Source: an uncultured Bacilli bacterium (GTDB lineage Bacteria > Bacillota_I > Bacilli_A > RFN20 > CAG-826). Taken from it: a stretch of DNA of 64,000 bases. Each line of letters starts with the position of its first letter. Position 1 is the stretch's first letter. Positions 63,639 to 64,000 of this stretch are shown piece after piece. The stretch is taken from the NCBI GenBank assembly GCA_944372115.1, contig CALVYH010000002.1, forward strand, positions 104,864 through 168,863, in the 5' to 3' direction. The notes under the pieces are model-generated. The model worked only from the letters and a program-made list of their open reading frames with translations. It was not told the origin of the DNA and did no database searches. Made by a program: the position numbers and the translations under genes.

Positions 63639-64000
63639 ATGCGTAATTTTATATTTATTTCACCACATTTTCCTGATTCATATTGGAAATTCTGTATGGC
63701 TTTAAAAGAACATGGTTTTAATGTTTTGGGTATTGGAGATGCTCCATATAATGAAATACCTGAGCAATGTAAATATGCCTTAACAGAATATTATTTATGT
63801 TCTTTTATGGATGAATTTGAAAATGAAAAAAGGGCAGTTCAATATTTTAGAGATAAGTATGGATCAATTGAATTCATTGAATCAAATAATGAATATTGGT
63901 TAAGAAAAGATGCTCGTTTAAGAGATATTTTCCAAGTTAATACATCATTTAGCGAAGAAGAAGTTGCTTATCGAATGAAAAAATCTAACCAAAAGGAATT
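63639..64000 (+). CDS. Hypothetical protein (5' partial in window, continues beyond the end); possibly an ATP-grasp-like family
   Basis: Open frame from the ATG at 63639 to the window end, reading MRNFIFISPHFPDSYWKFCMALKEHGFNVLGIGDAPY.... No stop was found. The identity is uncertain. Confidence 0.35.
   Translation, partial: MRNFIFISPHFPDSYWKFCMALKEHGFNVLGIGDAPYNEIPEQCKYALTEYYLCSFMDEFENEKRAVQYFRDKYGSIEFIESNNEYWLRKDARLRDIFQVNTSFSEEEVAYRMKKSNQKE

Overview
This is an AT-rich (about 30% GC) bacterial chromosome segment that uses the standard genetic code. Long genes such as rpoB and rpoC run uninterrupted with TGA acting as a stop, so code 4 is unlikely. The gene order is typical of low-GC Firmicutes, Erysipelotrichia or Acholeplasma-like organisms.

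Gene content, in order along the window:
- A glycan-synthesis pair (a GT14-like glycosyltransferase and glf), then tRNA-Ser, rluD, pgm, a HAD phosphatase, trpS and cysS, and an MgtC-family protein.
- The conserved block rlmB, sigH-like sigma factor, rpmG, secE, nusG, rplK, rplA, rplJ, rplL, a methyltransferase, rpoB, rpoC.
- An approximately 12 kb accessory block carrying a putative regulator, a 1219-aa surface subtilase, galM-galT-galK, hpt, a MIF-like tautomerase, and a lysine-riboswitch-controlled amino-acid ABC transporter.
- rpsL, rpsG, fusA, tuf.
- A ZIP metal transporter, a phosphoesterase, a PLP-dependent decarboxylase, tRNA-His, and a DUF1848 protein.
- An oxidative-stress pair: desulfoferrodoxin and a three-domain flavodiiron protein.
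- A MazG-like protein and a glycerol cluster (GlpA-like dehydrogenase with a BFD domain, an oxidoreductase, DUF1667, DUF2974, glpK).
- Three consecutive uncharacterised genes in a very AT-rich stretch at 51.8 to 55.1 kb.
- A uridine-kinase-family gene and the complete atpIBEFHAGDC operon.

The best candidate for an undescribed system is that three-gene stretch. The first gene encodes a Cas4-like PD-(D/E)xK nuclease with an Fe-S cysteine motif, and the other two encode large proteins with no recognisable domains. The stretch is wedged between glpK and a convergently overlapping kinase gene.

No CRISPR array, rRNA gene or obvious transposase was seen. Coordinates taken from the supplied ORF track are exact. 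Hand-derived coordinates (tRNAs, terminators, promoters, riboswitch, rpmG, small ORF) may be off by 1 to 2 nt.
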